A stretch of 64,000 bases of DNA from a virus (IMGVR_UViG_3300015375_001377:1-64000), one strand, 5' to 3'; shown: positions 38,207 to 50,194, counted from the first letter of the stretch. A program made the numbers and translations. The notes: generated by a model not told the origin, from the letters alone.

Positions 38207-39153
38207 GCCTTTCTGATTTTAACAGTCTTTGGGTTGAAAAATATAGACCCAAAACTATTTCTGAATTTGTTATTAGTAATAATAACTTAGAGATCATTAC
38301 ATCATTTAATAAGCAGAAAAAAATTCCTAATTTATTGTTTATTGGAACGCCTGGCTTAGGTAAAACATCATTAGCTAAAATTATTGTAAAGGATATTTTA
38401 AGCTGCCAGTATCTCTACATTAATGCATCAGACGAAAGCGGTATTGATATTATACGTACAAAAGTTTCTACATTTGCACAAACTAAAAGTATTGATGGTG
38501 GTTTAAAAACAGTGGTTCTAGATGAGGCTGACGGTATCTCTATAGACGGTCAACGCGCTCTACGAAATACTATGGAAGAGTTTTCTAATATTACTAGGTT
38601 TATACTAACCGCCAACTATAGCTATAGAATTATACCAGCCCTTCATAGTAGATGTCAGACTTTAGATTTGACCCCCCCTGTAGACCAGGTAATCAAAAGA
38701 TGCGTACATATCTTAAAAGAAGAGAAAATAGAAATACCTGCTGAACAAAAAAATAATCTATTATCTTTAGTAAAAAAACACTATCCTGATGTAAGAAAAA
38801 TTATAAATGACCTTCAAAAATTTTCTGTAACAGGTAAATTAAAAATTATTGATAATGTTAATGATACTTTTTTATCTCTTGTCTATAAAGAAGTTAAAAA
38901 CAAGAATATAACTGCTATAAGAAAAGTATTAATTGAAAACGAAGCTGTTTTTAACTCAGATTATGTATCTTTATTAAGTGGGTTATTTGAATACGTTGAA
39001 AGTAATGCAGAAAATAATGAAATTAAGAAAAAAGAACTATTAATTATATCAGAGCACTTGTATAGATCGGCTTTTGTTGTAGATCAGGAGATTAATTGTT
39101 TTAGTTGCCTAATATTACTCTCTGACCCTGCTTTATTTTCAGTTCTTAGGTAA
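38203..39153 (+). CDS. gp44: Clamp loader AAA+ subunit (gp44/RFC-like)
   Basis: LWVEKYRP, GTPGLGKTS, INASDESG, LDEADG, SRC, PDVRKIIN, DQEIN. Confidence 0.94.
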   Translation: MSLSDFNSLWVEKYRPKTISEFVISNNNLEIITSFNKQKKIPNLLFIGTPGLGKTSLAKIIVKDILSCQYLYINASDESGIDIIRTKVSTFAQTKSIDGGLKTVVLDEADGISIDGQRALRNTMEEFSNITRFILTANYSYRIIPALHSRCQTLDLTPPVDQVIKRCVHILKEEKIEIPAEQKNNLLSLVKKHYPDVRKIINDLQKFSVTGKLKIIDNVNDTFLSLVYKEVKNKNITAIRKVLIENEAVFNSDYVSLLSGLFEYVESNAENNEIKKKELLIISEHLYRSAFVVDQEINCFSCLILLSDPALFSVLR

Positions 39154-39744
39154 ATAACTTGCTGTATATGTAGCTGGGTCTTTTTGGGCCGCTACAGGCT
39201 CTGAAGGAATCTGAATATTCTTATCTGTTAATTCTCTATCACCAGGAGAAAGCTTTTTATTACCTAAATCAGACATTCTTGTTTGCTGAGTAGTTGAAAA
39301 AGGAACCTTATCGTTCTTTATTTCAACTTCTTTAGGAGATATCTGCACTTTATTATCATATTTAAATTTATCAGGAACTGGAGGTAAGTTGGGATAATAG
39401 TCTTGATGAATTAATAAACTGGCTGGAACAGTTACTGATCTTTGATAATCAAATCTACCAGGGGCCAATTCAGGCACTATCTCTACAGTAAACTCAACAC
39501 CATTGTAATCAGGGTTACCTGCACCCATCACTGCAGGTCTGTATGATTTAACATTCTTTACTCTTAAATTCAAACCACAATCAATAAGATCTTTTACAGC
39601 ACCCTTTATTGAATCAGGCTGAGACTTAAAGAAATCATTACGTAATGCATTATCAGTAAATTTAACCACATCATTAGCAAGAAAACCGCCCCTTGTATAC
39701 CTTGTTAATGCCGCTTCATATAGTTTAACAAATCTCTTTTCCAT
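39139..39744 (-). CDS. Hypothetical late protein, candidate head-internal protein
   Basis: 201 aa, N-terminus MEKRFVKLYEAAL, ATAAATA-N5-ATG. Confidence 0.6.
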   Translation of the reverse strand: MEKRFVKLYEAALTRYTRGGFLANDVVKFTDNALRNDFFKSQPDSIKGAVKDLIDCGLNLRVKNVKSYRPAVMGAGNPDYNGVEFTVEIVPELAPGRFDYQRSVTVPASLLIHQDYYPNLPPVPDKFKYDNKVQISPKEVEIKNDKVPFSTTQQTRMSDLGNKKLSPGDRELTDKNIQIPSEPVAAQKDPATYTASYLPKN

Positions 39745-39749
39745 AATAA

Positions 39750-39799
39750 TATTTATTTTATTTAATTTAAGTTTCTGTATTAAATTTGCAATATAAATA
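39750..39799. promoter_or_regulatory. Divergent late promoters
   Basis: Minus TAAATA(39755-39750)-N5-ATG(39744); plus TATAAATA(39792-39799)-N5-GTG(39805). Confidence 0.65.
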
Positions 39800-39804
39800 A
39801 TAAT

Positions 39805-40284
39805 GTGCCCTCTATTAAGCTTAATTCAATAAAGAAGCCAGATGCAAATCAAGCGGGATTTACATATTCCGACATGCATTTAGATCTTAAATTCGATTAT
39901 ACTAGAAACAACGAGCTAAAGAAGATAAAAGAAATTAAGGATAGTGTTAATGATTACGACTATGGTTGTATAAGGAACAGTATTTTTAACCTTTTTACAA
40001 CAATACCCGGTCAAAAATTGCTTAATCCGTTTTTTGGGTTAAATCTAATGCAATATGTTTTTGAACCAGTGAGTAAATCTAATGCATCATTAATAGGTAA
40101 TACTATTTCTAAAGGAATAAAACTATTTGAACCAAGAGTTACACTTACTGGGTTAGACATTATAGTTGATGTAGACAAACAAGAATATGAAATAAGTATG
40201 ATATTGAATGTTGTCTATATCCCTAACTCATCATTTAAATTAGTAGGAACACTAAGTAATTCTGGATTTTTCTTTAACAAATAA
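39805..40284 (+). CDS. gp25: Baseplate wedge subunit (gp25-like)
   Basis: YSDMHLDL, IRNSIFNLFTTIPGQKLLNPFFG, IKLFEPRV. Confidence 0.9.
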   Translation: MPSIKLNSIKKPDANQAGFTYSDMHLDLKFDYTRNNELKKIKEIKDSVNDYDYGCIRNSIFNLFTTIPGQKLLNPFFGLNLMQYVFEPVSKSNASLIGNTISKGIKLFEPRVTLTGLDIIVDVDKQEYEISMILNVVYIPNSSFKLVGTLSNSGFFFNK

Positions 40285-40286
40285 TT

Positions 40287-42149
40287 ATGGCAACACAAGA
40301 TACATTTAATAATTTTAACTTAAACGTAGATGGTTATGCTGCGTTTGATGCTCTTTCATTGAAAAATTTAATTGTAAAGAGATTAAACAGTAAAAATATA
40401 TTTACAGATCAAAATTTTGAAGGCAGCAATATTTCTTCCGTAATAGATATTATTGCTTACGCATATCATGTTTTAATTTTTTATTTGAATAGAACTTCTT
40501 CTGAAAGTACTTTTTCAACCGCAGAGCTGTATGAAAATATAAACAAAATAGTAAAGCTTATTGGTTACAACCCTATAGGCTATCAAACATCAATACTTTC
40601 ATTTGAATCCTCTGCAACAGAACAGCTTCTTCCTGATACATATACTATTCCTAGGTATACCTATTTTACTGTTAACGGTTCTAACTATTCCTTTAATCAA
40701 GATGTAACTTTTACAAAATCTACAACTGGATCTGAAAATTTAACAGATTTCTCAGATCAAAACCTTCTTTATCAAGGATCATATTTTGAATATCCTATAT
40801 ATCTTGCTACAGGAGAACCTTTTGAAACGTTAACCCTTACTATTGTTGATAATGAGGGTAATAATCAATTACTAGATCATTTTAATATTGATGTGTATGT
40901 AAAAGATAATACTGTAACATCACCAAAGTGGGTAAAATGGTCACCTGCTGCATCTCTATTCTTAGAAAAGAGCAGTTCAACAAGTTATGAAATAAGATTA
41001 AATGAATTTGGTAGATATGAAATAAAATTTGGTAATAATATAAATGGAAAGCAATTAAATGCAAACGATAACGTAGCTGTTTATTATTTAAAATCATCAG
41101 GTACAAGAGGGCAGATCGGTCCAAACTTATTAAATGGTAATAAACTATTTTCTTACTCTACACCTACTTATGATCAAATATTAACAGATACCATTTCTCA
41201 GAATTTAAAATTATTACCGGTAAATCAATACGCATTTTTAAATTTTACCAATACTAACCCTTCTACAGACTTTGTTGAGACAGAAAGCACAGAAAGCATT
41301 AAGACAAATGCAACAAACACTTTTAAAAGTCAATTCAGATTAATTTCTACTGAAGATTTTGCTAACTACATACTTAAAAACTATAGTAATATCTTAGCTA
41401 GCGTTAAAGTTGTTAATAATTGGGACTTTTTAAGCCAACATATCAAATATTACTTTGATATAGGGGTTGAAAAACCTAATTTAAATGCAAGAATTTTATT
41501 TAATCAAGTTAAATTTGCTGATTCATGTAATTTTAATAATATATATCTGTACGCGGTGCCCAAACTTCAAAAAATTACATCTTTAACTACAAGAACTAAT
41601 TATTTAAACTCAGCTCAAAAACAATTAATACTTAACGATATTAATAAAGTAAAACTAGCATCTGCTGAAATTATAGTAAATGACCCTGTGTATGTTTGTG
41701 TTGATTTAGGAATAAAAATACCTGGAGAAGATTTATCACCTTCAGTAGCTGATACAACAATCTTACAAATAACTAGAAATGTTACATCAAAAAGAAACCC
41801 AGAAGCTGTAAAAAAGGAAATATCTGAAATCTTTGTAAATGCTTTTTCAACAACTAAAGATAATTTAGGTATAATTATATCCTTAACTGATATCACTAAT
41901 CAAATTCTTCAAATTGAAGGTGTTAATGATATTAAAACCATTAGAACAGTTAATGGTGTGTCATATGAAATACCCGGTGTAAGTCTTTTAGTATATAATC
42001 CTGTTTATCCTAATATAGATATTACAACCATAACACAAGACACTCAATTACCGTTTTTTAAATTTCCATATTTAAATAATCAATTAGAGTTCATCAATAA
42101 AATAAGTGTAATTACACCTTCATTACAGTTTCTTGAGAAAGAATACTAA
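40287..42149 (+). CDS. gp6: Baseplate wedge subunit (gp6-like)
   Basis: FDALSLK, FTDQNFEGSNIS, DIIAY, STAEL, LIGYNP, YEIKFGN, RLISTEDF. Confidence 0.9.
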   Translation: MATQDTFNNFNLNVDGYAAFDALSLKNLIVKRLNSKNIFTDQNFEGSNISSVIDIIAYAYHVLIFYLNRTSSESTFSTAELYENINKIVKLIGYNPIGYQTSILSFESSATEQLLPDTYTIPRYTYFTVNGSNYSFNQDVTFTKSTTGSENLTDFSDQNLLYQGSYFEYPIYLATGEPFETLTLTIVDNEGNNQLLDHFNIDVYVKDNTVTSPKWVKWSPAASLFLEKSSSTSYEIRLNEFGRYEIKFGNNINGKQLNANDNVAVYYLKSSGTRGQIGPNLLNGNKLFSYSTPTYDQILTDTISQNLKLLPVNQYAFLNFTNTNPSTDFVETESTESIKTNATNTFKSQFRLISTEDFANYILKNYSNILASVKVVNNWDFLSQHIKYYFDIGVEKPNLNARILFNQVKFADSCNFNNIYLYAVPKLQKITSLTTRTNYLNSAQKQLILNDINKVKLASAEIIVNDPVYVCVDLGIKIPGEDLSPSVADTTILQITRNVTSKRNPEAVKKEISEIFVNAFSTTKDNLGIIISLTDITNQILQIEGVNDIKTIRTVNGVSYEIPGVSLLVYNPVYPNIDITTITQDTQLPFFKFPYLNNQLEFINKISVITPSLQFLEKEY

Positions 42150-45100
42150 TGGCCAGTCCAAACCTAACATACCTATACTTTGATGTAAGAGGTTATAATG
42201 GGTTATCTATTCTCTCTGCTTATTCAGTACCCATAACACCGTTAACCTTCGTTCCTGATTTTACTACTTCTACTCTTCTTTCAGGCGATGCAATAATATC
42301 AAATAAAAAACTAGTGTGGAATTTTGGAGACGGTACTTATTCACAGGATCTAACTGCAATTCATCAATTTAAATGGCCAGGAAAATATAAGGTTAAACTT
42401 ACCGTTTTTGATAACAGTGGTAACGCTTTTGACAGTAATTTTCAACCTGAAATACAAATTTATGATTTTATAAACGATCAAATTCAATTTAAAGACTTTA
42501 AACGTTTTATTTATGATGTACCTGCTAGTAAAATTATAGACCCATTAAGAATTCTTACTCAAAATAGCTGGCAATCGTTTAGAGCTATTTCTGCAGATGG
42601 TGGATATACCGTAAACCTATATGCATCTGGCTCTTCCGGTGATTACATTGATATTAATAGCTACAATAACGATAAATGGTCACATTTAAGATCGCTTTCA
42701 AGATTTTATCAAATTCAAGATGTTGGTGATCAAGAAGAATATGTTATAGTTGATAAAGTTAAGACTCAAAATAAAGAGATTTACGCAAAGGTAAACAATA
42801 ACAATATAGTTTTATGTAATAAAGAAGATCTTGGTTCTTGTTTTGTAGGAACCACTGGTTACGCAGATTTTTATTATGTAGATGACAGAGTTAAGAATTT
42901 TACATCTAGAGAAAATCCTATTATTTTATTTTGTACCTTAGATAATAAAAAAATACAAGATTATTTTACAACTAGTAGAAATTTATTTGATTATATTGAA
43001 TACCCACCTGCAGGATTTCAAAATTTAGAGCCTGCAACCTTACCAATAATAAAAGTAAGAAACAACTCAGCTGATAGGCTTACTATTACCACTACAGGTA
43101 TTGATGGAGAGGGATATCTTTCTGCAACTAACTTTAATATACCATCAATAAGTTGGCAAAATACAAAAATACCTTTCGTAGTAAAAATGAAAGACGATAA
43201 AAACTTTACAACTAAAACATATCCACCTTTATATAGTTCTCAAATAGAAAATATCTTACCTTTAACTTCTTTTGATTTAAAAATAGGGTTATTAGAATAT
43301 GATAATATTTTAAGTTGCTATAAAGAAGTAACTGGGGTTACGTTTTATTCTGATTTTAGCCCTGACATCCCAAGAAATATAGGAGCTTTTTATAAGGGAT
43401 ATTTTACATGTGATAGACCCACATATAATTGTAAGCTAACAGCGACTATAGTTGTGAATGACCCTAAATCCTTTCCTAAAGATTCTGTTGTTGGTTGGAT
43501 AGCAGAGCCTCAATATCAATATGTAAAGAGATTTCTAAAAACTTCATTGTATGATTTTTGTAAGGGGTACGTCTCATTAACACTTTCTGCAGTTAGAAAT
43601 GATTTTAGAACACCAGGATGCTTTGAAAGTTATGCTATTGCTGTTGCACCATCTGGTGCCTCGTTTAGAGAAGATTATAGAACTTGGATAGGTGACGGTA
43701 GCAGTGATTCTATATTTAAAATAGATGTATTTGGTAATATACTATCTGCATTCCCTTTATCTGCAATGCTAGTTAAAAATCTTACAGGATTCGAAATACA
43801 AAATCTTTTATCACCCGTTTTAAGTAGTGCTGCACCAAATAGTATAGCTTTAAATAGTTATAATGATGCTTGGATATCACTATTTGACACCGCATCAGTT
43901 ATAAAGGTTAACAATATTACAGGCCATGTTACTGATTTCGTCCACCCACATTATCAAAACTTAGTATATTTTTTAAGTTCAGATTATAATTTGCCACAAT
44001 TAAGCGGGTTTGCTGGTGAAAATTCACTAATACCAGCATCTATTGATACAGACTATGACGATAACTTATGGGTAGCTTATACACACCCCGCTTCAAATTT
44101 CTTAGCAAAATACGATACGTATGGTACTATGTTAACTGCTATACCAATGCCTTGGATGCATTCTCCTGTTGAATTATTAGTAGATAGAGATTCAAAAATA
44201 TGGCTTACTGCATATAATTTATCAGTAGACGGTACCACGTTATCAGGTAGAAGTGATTTTCTTTATAGATTTGATAGTACAGGAACAGTGCTACCAGGTT
44301 ACCCACTAAGCGGGTTTAAATTTATCGGTAACATATCTGTTGATAGTCAGCAAAATGCTTACGTTGTTGAAGACAAAGAAACTATAGTAAAAATAGATAA
44401 TTTAAATAGAACCATGACATACTATACAGGAGGATCTGGAAATAATAAAACCAACTATATACAAAGTATAGGAGGAATTGCATGTGATACATCTGACTTT
44501 TTGTGGGTACTTAATAACTGGGATAATAAAATGTATTATCTTGATACCTATCTTACGTCTATAACCTCAGTTTCAGGTGTAGATCAGGTTGATTTATTTT
44601 ATCCGCTTTCAGCTGATTATTATTACCCAGTTTCTTCATTTACAGATCAGAGATTTCAAGCTTATGGTGACTGGTTAGGGTCAAGATGGATAAACAAATA
44701 TATGGCACCCAAAGCAGTTGTACGTACACTTTCAGGATCATCCGATATTTTTAGTGTATACCCTACACAAGGAAAATTTAATATAACTAAAATAAATGAA
44801 AATTTTGATGCAAATAGTTTTTATAATGATTTAAGATATCAAGAATCTCTTTTAGATAAATCAGTATTCTTTGATGACTTTTTAGGTACTATAGTAGGTA
44901 AAACGTCTGCTCAGCCTTACGAATTAGGAAAAACAGTATATGAGAAAATAGCAAATTTTGTTTATAATAATGCAGATATAGATAGATGTAATCTTGAAAA
45001 ACTTTTATCTTTTTGTAGCGAATTAGGCATTCAATTTGAAGAGTATAATTACCCTTTTCCGCCACAATTAAGAAGGCTAATTGACACGCTTACAATTAAG

Positions 45101-45613
45101 CATAAATTGCTCTATGGAAATAAAAATACTTTTAATTATGATTTTAACAAGCAAAACACAAACAACCCTAATATAGGTAGAAATTTAGGCAAAGAACTGG
45201 ATGTAAGAACTGCAGTTATATCATCAGGTAAACCTATAGTAGCATATGAAATATTTTCAGATTTATACGATTTAGTTAATAGAAATACTATACCTAACAC
45301 ACCTTACAACACACTTATACCTCTTTCTTCTTTTAATTATAATTGGGGATGGGGGTTAGTGGCTCCTATTTCTATTAGTGGTGTAGAGATAAAAAATTAT
45401 TATAAGTTTTTTGAATATATAGACAAACAAGAAGGAAGCTATTATAACAATTTAATTAATTGGAATGATCCTTTAACTCTATTAACTTTTGATTTAAGTA
45501 GTTATAAGGACTGGTCAAAAACAGACGGTATAATGCAAAATATGATAAGTTATGAGCTTACTAAGGGATTAAAGCTGTTCCTTAGCGGTTCTAACATAGT
45601 ATATAATAATTAA
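42149..45613 (+). CDS. Large baseplate wedge protein (gp7-like) with PKD domain and beta-propeller
   Basis: PKD WNFGDG...WPGKYKVKLTV; propeller blades (IALNSYNDAWI, IDTDYDDNLWV, LVDRDSKIWL, VDSQQNAYV, IACDTSDFLWV); C-terminal YEKIANFV...DIDRC...FPPQLRRLID wedge helices. Confidence 0.6.
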   Translation: MASPNLTYLYFDVRGYNGLSILSAYSVPITPLTFVPDFTTSTLLSGDAIISNKKLVWNFGDGTYSQDLTAIHQFKWPGKYKVKLTVFDNSGNAFDSNFQPEIQIYDFINDQIQFKDFKRFIYDVPASKIIDPLRILTQNSWQSFRAISADGGYTVNLYASGSSGDYIDINSYNNDKWSHLRSLSRFYQIQDVGDQEEYVIVDKVKTQNKEIYAKVNNNNIVLCNKEDLGSCFVGTTGYADFYYVDDRVKNFTSRENPIILFCTLDNKKIQDYFTTSRNLFDYIEYPPAGFQNLEPATLPIIKVRNNSADRLTITTTGIDGEGYLSATNFNIPSISWQNTKIPFVVKMKDDKNFTTKTYPPLYSSQIENILPLTSFDLKIGLLEYDNILSCYKEVTGVTFYSDFSPDIPRNIGAFYKGYFTCDRPTYNCKLTATIVVNDPKSFPKDSVVGWIAEPQYQYVKRFLKTSLYDFCKGYVSLTLSAVRNDFRTPGCFESYAIAVAPSGASFREDYRTWIGDGSSDSIFKIDVFGNILSAFPLSAMLVKNLTGFEIQNLLSPVLSSAAPNSIALNSYNDAWISLFDTASVIKVNNITGHVTDFVHPHYQNLVYFLSSDYNLPQLSGFAGENSLIPASIDTDYDDNLWVAYTHPASNFLAKYDTYGTMLTAIPMPWMHSPVELLVDRDSKIWLTAYNLSVDGTTLSGRSDFLYRFDSTGTVLPGYPLSGFKFIGNISVDSQQNAYVVEDKETIVKIDNLNRTMTYYTGGSGNNKTNYIQSIGGIACDTSDFLWVLNNWDNKMYYLDTYLTSITSVSGVDQVDLFYPLSADYYYPVSSFTDQRFQAYGDWLGSRWINKYMAPKAVVRTLSGSSDIFSVYPTQGKFNITKINENFDANSFYNDLRYQESLLDKSVFFDDFLGTIVGKTSAQPYELGKTVYEKIANFVYNNADIDRCNLEKLLSFCSELGIQFEEYNYPFPPQLRRLIDTLTIKHKLLYGNKNTFNYDFNKQNTNNPNIGRNLGKELDVRTAVISSGKPIVAYEIFSDLYDLVNRNTIPNTPYNTLIPLSSFNYNWGWGLVAPISISGVEIKNYYKFFEYIDKQEGSYYNNLINWNDPLTLLTFDLSSYKDWSKTDGIMQNMISYELTKGLKLFLSGSNIVYNN

Positions 45614-45616
45614 ATA
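45611..45616 (+). promoter_or_regulatory. Late promoter
   Basis: TAAATA-N5-ATG(45622). Confidence 0.65.
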
Positions 45617-45621
45617 TTTTC

Positions 45622-48600
45622 ATGTCCAATCTAAGCAGATTTATAGATGAAAGGATAAAGAACTCCATAACATCAGAAAATGTTGATTCAAGTGCTTTAG
45701 TAGACGCATATCAACCTCTATCTTTTATAGAATGGATTGAAAATGAAAGAGCTGTATTTACTTCAATCAGCGATCTCTTATTAAGATATAATTCATATAT
45801 AACTAATTGGTATGAAGTAAAAAATATACTACCAGAAGCAAGACAAGATGTAATAGTTGATCTATATAAAAGCTTAGTAAAAGAAATTATTCTAAATTAC
45901 ACAACTACTAATGAAAGAAGATTTTTAAAGAATATAGATTACAGTAATAGCTCTGACCTAGCTATAGCTATTCCTTTCTTTTCTCAGAAACTTAAAGATA
46001 TTTGTATTTATTTTTCTACTTTACGTGATAGAGCTAAAACCGCTGTAACTGAATATAATTTAAAAGGAAGTAATTATGGAGTAGAGAAATTAATTTATAA
46101 TGAAATTTCTAAAGCATTAGAGACACAAGATCTAACAGATTTAATTAAAACCTACAATCTTTCTATTTCTTCTATAAGAGATGATTTAATAGTAGAACTA
46201 GAAGAGTTATTTGACATCTATCCAAATTATTATGATCTAGGAACACTTCCTACTTCATCTTATGAGGCAACAGGCTTAAGAGAGCAATTTTTTAATACAA
46301 ATACCTTTCAATTGGATCCCGATCTTTATTTAAATTTTGACAAATCTATAATAAGGGCTATATCAAGCTACCCATTCTTTCTAGTTGAATTAGGGACAAA
46401 TAATTTTACAGTAGTACCTGAAATATCAGCATCACAATTAGAATATCTAAAAGATTTAGATTTTATAAATTTAGTTAATAATCAAGATAAAAATAATTTA
46501 AAATTAAATTTAATATCTGACTTTAACAAAAAATTTATTGGAACAGATTTTTTCTACATCTCTACAAACAGCTCAAATTATGCACTAACAGGAAAACTTT
46601 TTGATGCAGATTCAAGATTTGCAAATTATTTAAATAAACTATCACCTACTTTGTTATTTGTCCCGGAAGAGAGTGAATTAAAAAGAGCTCAAAATATAGG
46701 ATTATTTTTTAAGCCCGATAAAATTGGACTTTTAAACTTTTTTAACTTTGATTTTTTTCCAGTTTTAAATACGTCTATTTTAAGTACTGACACTATTTAT
46801 ATATTTCCTGACCCCAACAAATTTGGAAACATATCTGGTAATACCAAGCAAATAAATAAAATACCTTTAAATTATGTAGAAAATAATAGTATATTGCAAT
46901 ATGATTTTTCTAATTCATATGAATTTGGCGATATAAAAAGTGATTCATTAGTGCCGACATTCAGGAGCTATCAATCAAGGGAACAAAGTTTAGATATATC
47001 AAATAACGGCTTAGCTAGATATTCAGATCCTCAAGAGTTTTTTGCTGGTGATTTAAAGGATAAATGGGCTAATGAAGACGTTTACCCATTAATACCATCT
47101 AATCTTTATCCTATAGATGAGAGGATTTCTGATTTTAACCCAACCCTTAAAACATTAGTTCAGTTTAAAGCTGATGTATACGGCAACTCCTACGGTTTAT
47201 ACAAATATATAGAACCAAATTACAATTTAAACGGTATTCTTTCTTCTGCTGAATTTGCAGATGAAAATAAAATTTGTCTTATACTAGACGGCTATTCAAT
47301 GTACGATTTAATAAGTGGATATAATTTTAATTATTCTCTAAGCGGAACTATATTAAGATCAATTAATCAGATCCCACCTGGATCAGGGTATTATACAAGA
47401 TTACCCTTATTAACTGCTATTTCACCACTATCAGCAAGCAGATACAACAACGGTATTCCTGAGTTTGAATTACAGGGCGAATTTTTTAATATCTTGTCAT
47501 ACCGTTTTCAACCAGAAAAATTTTGCTCAGAATATGTAAACATATTTTTAAATTGTAACTTAAAGGATGGTATAACATTTGTATCACCTACATCTGGTCC
47601 ATGGCCGGACTTTCCTTCTGATGATATAGGGTTTGATTCCTTGAAGACAGTTTATTACAATGATTTACTGGATGGCGCTGCTAGCCCTACCAGTCCTAAT
47701 TATATAGCATCTTTTTCTAATCCAGGATCTTTTCTATTTGAACCACCTCTATCAGCTATCACTTTACAAGACTGTTCATATTTTGTTGTAAGCTCTTTTA
47801 CTAATTCTATTACACCTTGTAATGATAGTGTTGATTCAGAAGAAGGTTTCACAGAAAATAATTTCTTTGTTAACTTAACGTTACCATTACGCAATACTTC
47901 TTATCTTCCAACAGTATCTAGCAGTATAACTAAAAAACAAACTATTTATAAAACAAAATATATTAACACTGGCTCTCTTTATTTTAGATCATCTGATAAT
48001 AATAAAATTTTACCTATTTACAATGTGTTATCTGCTAATTTTATAAAATATCCTCTAAGTATACAGAGTGAAATTCAAGATAATAAAATTATTAACTTTG
48101 ATATTTTTTATGACACTTTGCATATAGAAACACAAAATTATTTAATTTTTGATAAAATAGAGTTTAATTATGTAACAAATAAGCCTAAGAGCTCTACTAG
48201 CAGTGCATCTTTTATTTCTAAAGGAAATCATAATCTATTTGAAAAATTCTCTACGCTATGGTTTGATGAAAAGCTAAACCAGGTATTTTTTGCAACAACA
48301 AATTTGTTTTACTATTTAAGCGCTACAAATTTTAAGATAATATACCCTACAATCTATGTTCTTGATGTAGCTACAACCTCTATAAAACAAATTTACCCAT
48401 TTAAAAATGCTAGTAATTTAACTTACACTGAATTAAAGGATTTTAGTTTATCAGGTACAGGTTATAGTATAGATATTGTCGAAATTGATAAACCCATATT
48501 TAGCTATAGTAGTGAAAGCGATAGCTTTAATATTTCTTATTTAGCTAAAGATGTTTCTGGGTTACCTTACATTAATGAAATAAGATTTAAATATTTTAAT

Positions 48601-48762
48601 GGTGTGCTAAGTAATGTAAATAACTATTTCTTTAAACCCAAAATTGAAAATATGCATTTAAATTTTTCTAACCCTTCATCTTTTAATGATTATAATACAT
48701 ATTCTGTATTAGGCAGCAGTGCAGGTGTAGTAATAAACGGAGAGTTTGTATTCGGAGTTTAA
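45622..48762 (+). CDS. Large baseplate/structural protein (gp7-like N-terminal part)
   Basis: 1046 aa; [14 protein letters not shown] recalls the KG(T/S)xxG/A.E motif of gp7/P2-gpI wedges. Confidence 0.5.
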   Translation: MSNLSRFIDERIKNSITSENVDSSALVDAYQPLSFIEWIENERAVFTSISDLLLRYNSYITNWYEVKNILPEARQDVIVDLYKSLVKEIILNYTTTNERRFLKNIDYSNSSDLAIAIPFFSQKLKDICIYFSTLRDRAKTAVTEYNLKGSNYGVEKLIYNEISKALETQDLTDLIKTYNLSISSIRDDLIVELEELFDIYPNYYDLGTLPTSSYEATGLREQFFNTNTFQLDPDLYLNFDKSIIRAISSYPFFLVELGTNNFTVVPEISASQLEYLKDLDFINLVNNQDKNNLKLNLISDFNKKFIGTDFFYISTNSSNYALTGKLFDADSRFANYLNKLSPTLLFVPEESELKRAQNIGLFFKPDKIGLLNFFNFDFFPVLNTSILSTDTIYIFPDPNKFGNISGNTKQINKIPLNYVENNSILQYDFSNSYEFGDIKSDSLVPTFRSYQSREQSLDISNNGLARYSDPQEFFAGDLKDKWANEDVYPLIPSNLYPIDERISDFNPTLKTLVQFKADVYGNSYGLYKYIEPNYNLNGILSSAEFADENKICLILDGYSMYDLISGYNFNYSLSGTILRSINQIPPGSGYYTRLPLLTAISPLSASRYNNGIPEFELQGEFFNILSYRFQPEKFCSEYVNIFLNCNLKDGITFVSPTSGPWPDFPSDDIGFDSLKTVYYNDLLDGAASPTSPNYIASFSNPGSFLFEPPLSAITLQDCSYFVVSSFTNSITPCNDSVDSEEGFTENNFFVNLTLPLRNTSYLPTVSSSITKKQTIYKTKYINTGSLYFRSSDNNKILPIYNVLSANFIKYPLSIQSEIQDNKIINFDIFYDTLHIETQNYLIFDKIEFNYVTNKPKSSTSSASFISKGNHNLFEKFSTLWFDEKLNQVFFATTNLFYYLSATNFKIIYPTIYVLDVATTSIKQIYPFKNASNLTYTELKDFSLSGTGYSIDIVEIDKPIFSYSSESDSFNISYLAKDVSGLPYINEIRFKYFNGVLSNVNNYFFKPKIENMHLNFSNPSSFNDYNTYSVLGSSAGVVINGEFVFGV

Positions 48763-48763
48763 T

Positions 48764-50182
48764 ATGCCCTATACAGTACCAATTTCAGCTAGTAGCTCAT
48801 ATTTGTTTTTTGAACAACCTGTCTTATCTAATAAAGATTCAGTTATTTCTTTTGAGTATAACTACTCTTCCCTTTTAAATGGCGGTGAAGGTATTTGCGT
48901 CTTTATAGTCGATAGTAATAATTTCTTAAACTATCCAATTAGAGGCGGCGGCCCAGGCAAAGCTCTTAACTATACAGCATATAAAGATTTGACATCTAGT
49001 ATAACTGGCACAGGTTTCAGTAATTATCCTGGATTGTTAGGGGGCGTTTTAGGAATAGGGTTTGATAAGAACGGTAATTATGCTCTATCATCTATTGGTG
49101 TATCAGGACTAGCTGCACCCATACCTAATTCTATTTGCATAAGAGGCCCACAATACAATGATTATAATGTATTATTAAGAACTAATAATTTAAATACACA
49201 TAATACACCAGTAAATCTTTTTCTTTCTACTTCTTCTAACAATTACTTAAAAGCAAGAATAAAAATTTCTAATTTAGGAAATAACATAACAGTATCTATT
49301 CAAAATCCCACCACTTTAGAATTTATAAAATATATAGATTATAACTTACCATTTACGTTACCAGAAAAGATATTTACAGGAATTGGATATAGTGAAAATA
49401 GCTTAGATTCAAAACTATCATTAAAAAATTTTAATATAAATGGCTTTTTTGATATTAATATTACACCTACACCAACCGTAACACCTTCAATAACACCTTC
49501 AATAACACCATCTGTTACCCCATCCTATACACCTTCGCCTACACCTTCTATTACACCAACAAATACTGTTACCCCAACAGTTACACCAACAATCACTAAC
49601 ACTTCCTCACAAACACCAACCCAGACTCCAACTATAACACATACACCTACACCTACACTAACACCGACCGTTACACCCACGGTTACTGAAACACCATATG
49701 CTACAGAGACCCCTGCAGAAACACCAACCAATACACCTACTCCTTCTCGTACTCCTACTACTACACCTACAGTAACCCCTACAATAACAAATACACCTTC
49801 TATAACACCTAGCGTCACTATAACTAAAACTCCAAGTAGAACACCAACAAATACACCTACTGTTACACCTACAGTTACCCCTACAGGCTTTATAGCTTGC
49901 GATGTTGTATTAAATAATATTGGATCTTCTACAATTCAATATAGGAGAGTCTATTTTGGGCCTGACTCAGGTGATGCGCAAATTAGATTTATACCTGGAA
50001 TAGATGATGATAAGTTTGAAATTTATTCTGAAAACCGTCAACTATGGGTATATGATTCAGGATTCATATCCTCACCAGTCACAATTAGCGGCTTTTTCCC
50101 TGATCCTGACTTTTTAACATTTAAAGTTACTACAACTGCTGCGACGGTAAACTGGTCTATAAGCGCAACATGCCCTGTCTAA
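48764..50182 (+). CDS. Adhesin: L-type (legume) lectin domain + Pro/Thr stalk + small Cys-closed C-terminal beta domain
   Basis: [29 protein letters not shown] lectin pattern; about 140 aa of TPT repeats; IACD...[11 protein letters not shown] 48764 preferred over TTG 48746. Confidence 0.7.
   Translation: MPYTVPISASSSYLFFEQPVLSNKDSVISFEYNYSSLLNGGEGICVFIVDSNNFLNYPIRGGGPGKALNYTAYKDLTSSITGTGFSNYPGLLGGVLGIGFDKNGNYALSSIGVSGLAAPIPNSICIRGPQYNDYNVLLRTNNLNTHNTPVNLFLSTSSNNYLKARIKISNLGNNITVSIQNPTTLEFIKYIDYNLPFTLPEKIFTGIGYSENSLDSKLSLKNFNINGFFDINITPTPTVTPSITPSITPSVTPSYTPSPTPSITPTNTVTPTVTPTITNTSSQTPTQTPTITHTPTPTLTPTVTPTVTETPYATETPAETPTNTPTPSRTPTTTPTVTPTITNTPSITPSVTITKTPSRTPTNTPTVTPTVTPTGFIACDVVLNNIGSSTIQYRRVYFGPDSGDAQIRFIPGIDDDKFEIYSENRQLWVYDSGFISSPVTISGFFPDPDFLTFKVTTTAATVNWSISATCPV
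49463..49884 (+). repeat. Pro/Thr/Ser coding repeat tract
   Basis: ACA/CCT/CCA-rich degenerate repeats encoding TPTxTP. Confidence 0.9.
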
Positions 50183-50183
50183 T

Positions 50184-50189
50184 TAAATA
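50184..50189 (+). promoter_or_regulatory. Late promoter
   Basis: TAAATA-N5-GTG(50195). Confidence 0.65.
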
Positions 50190-50194
50190 ATTTT

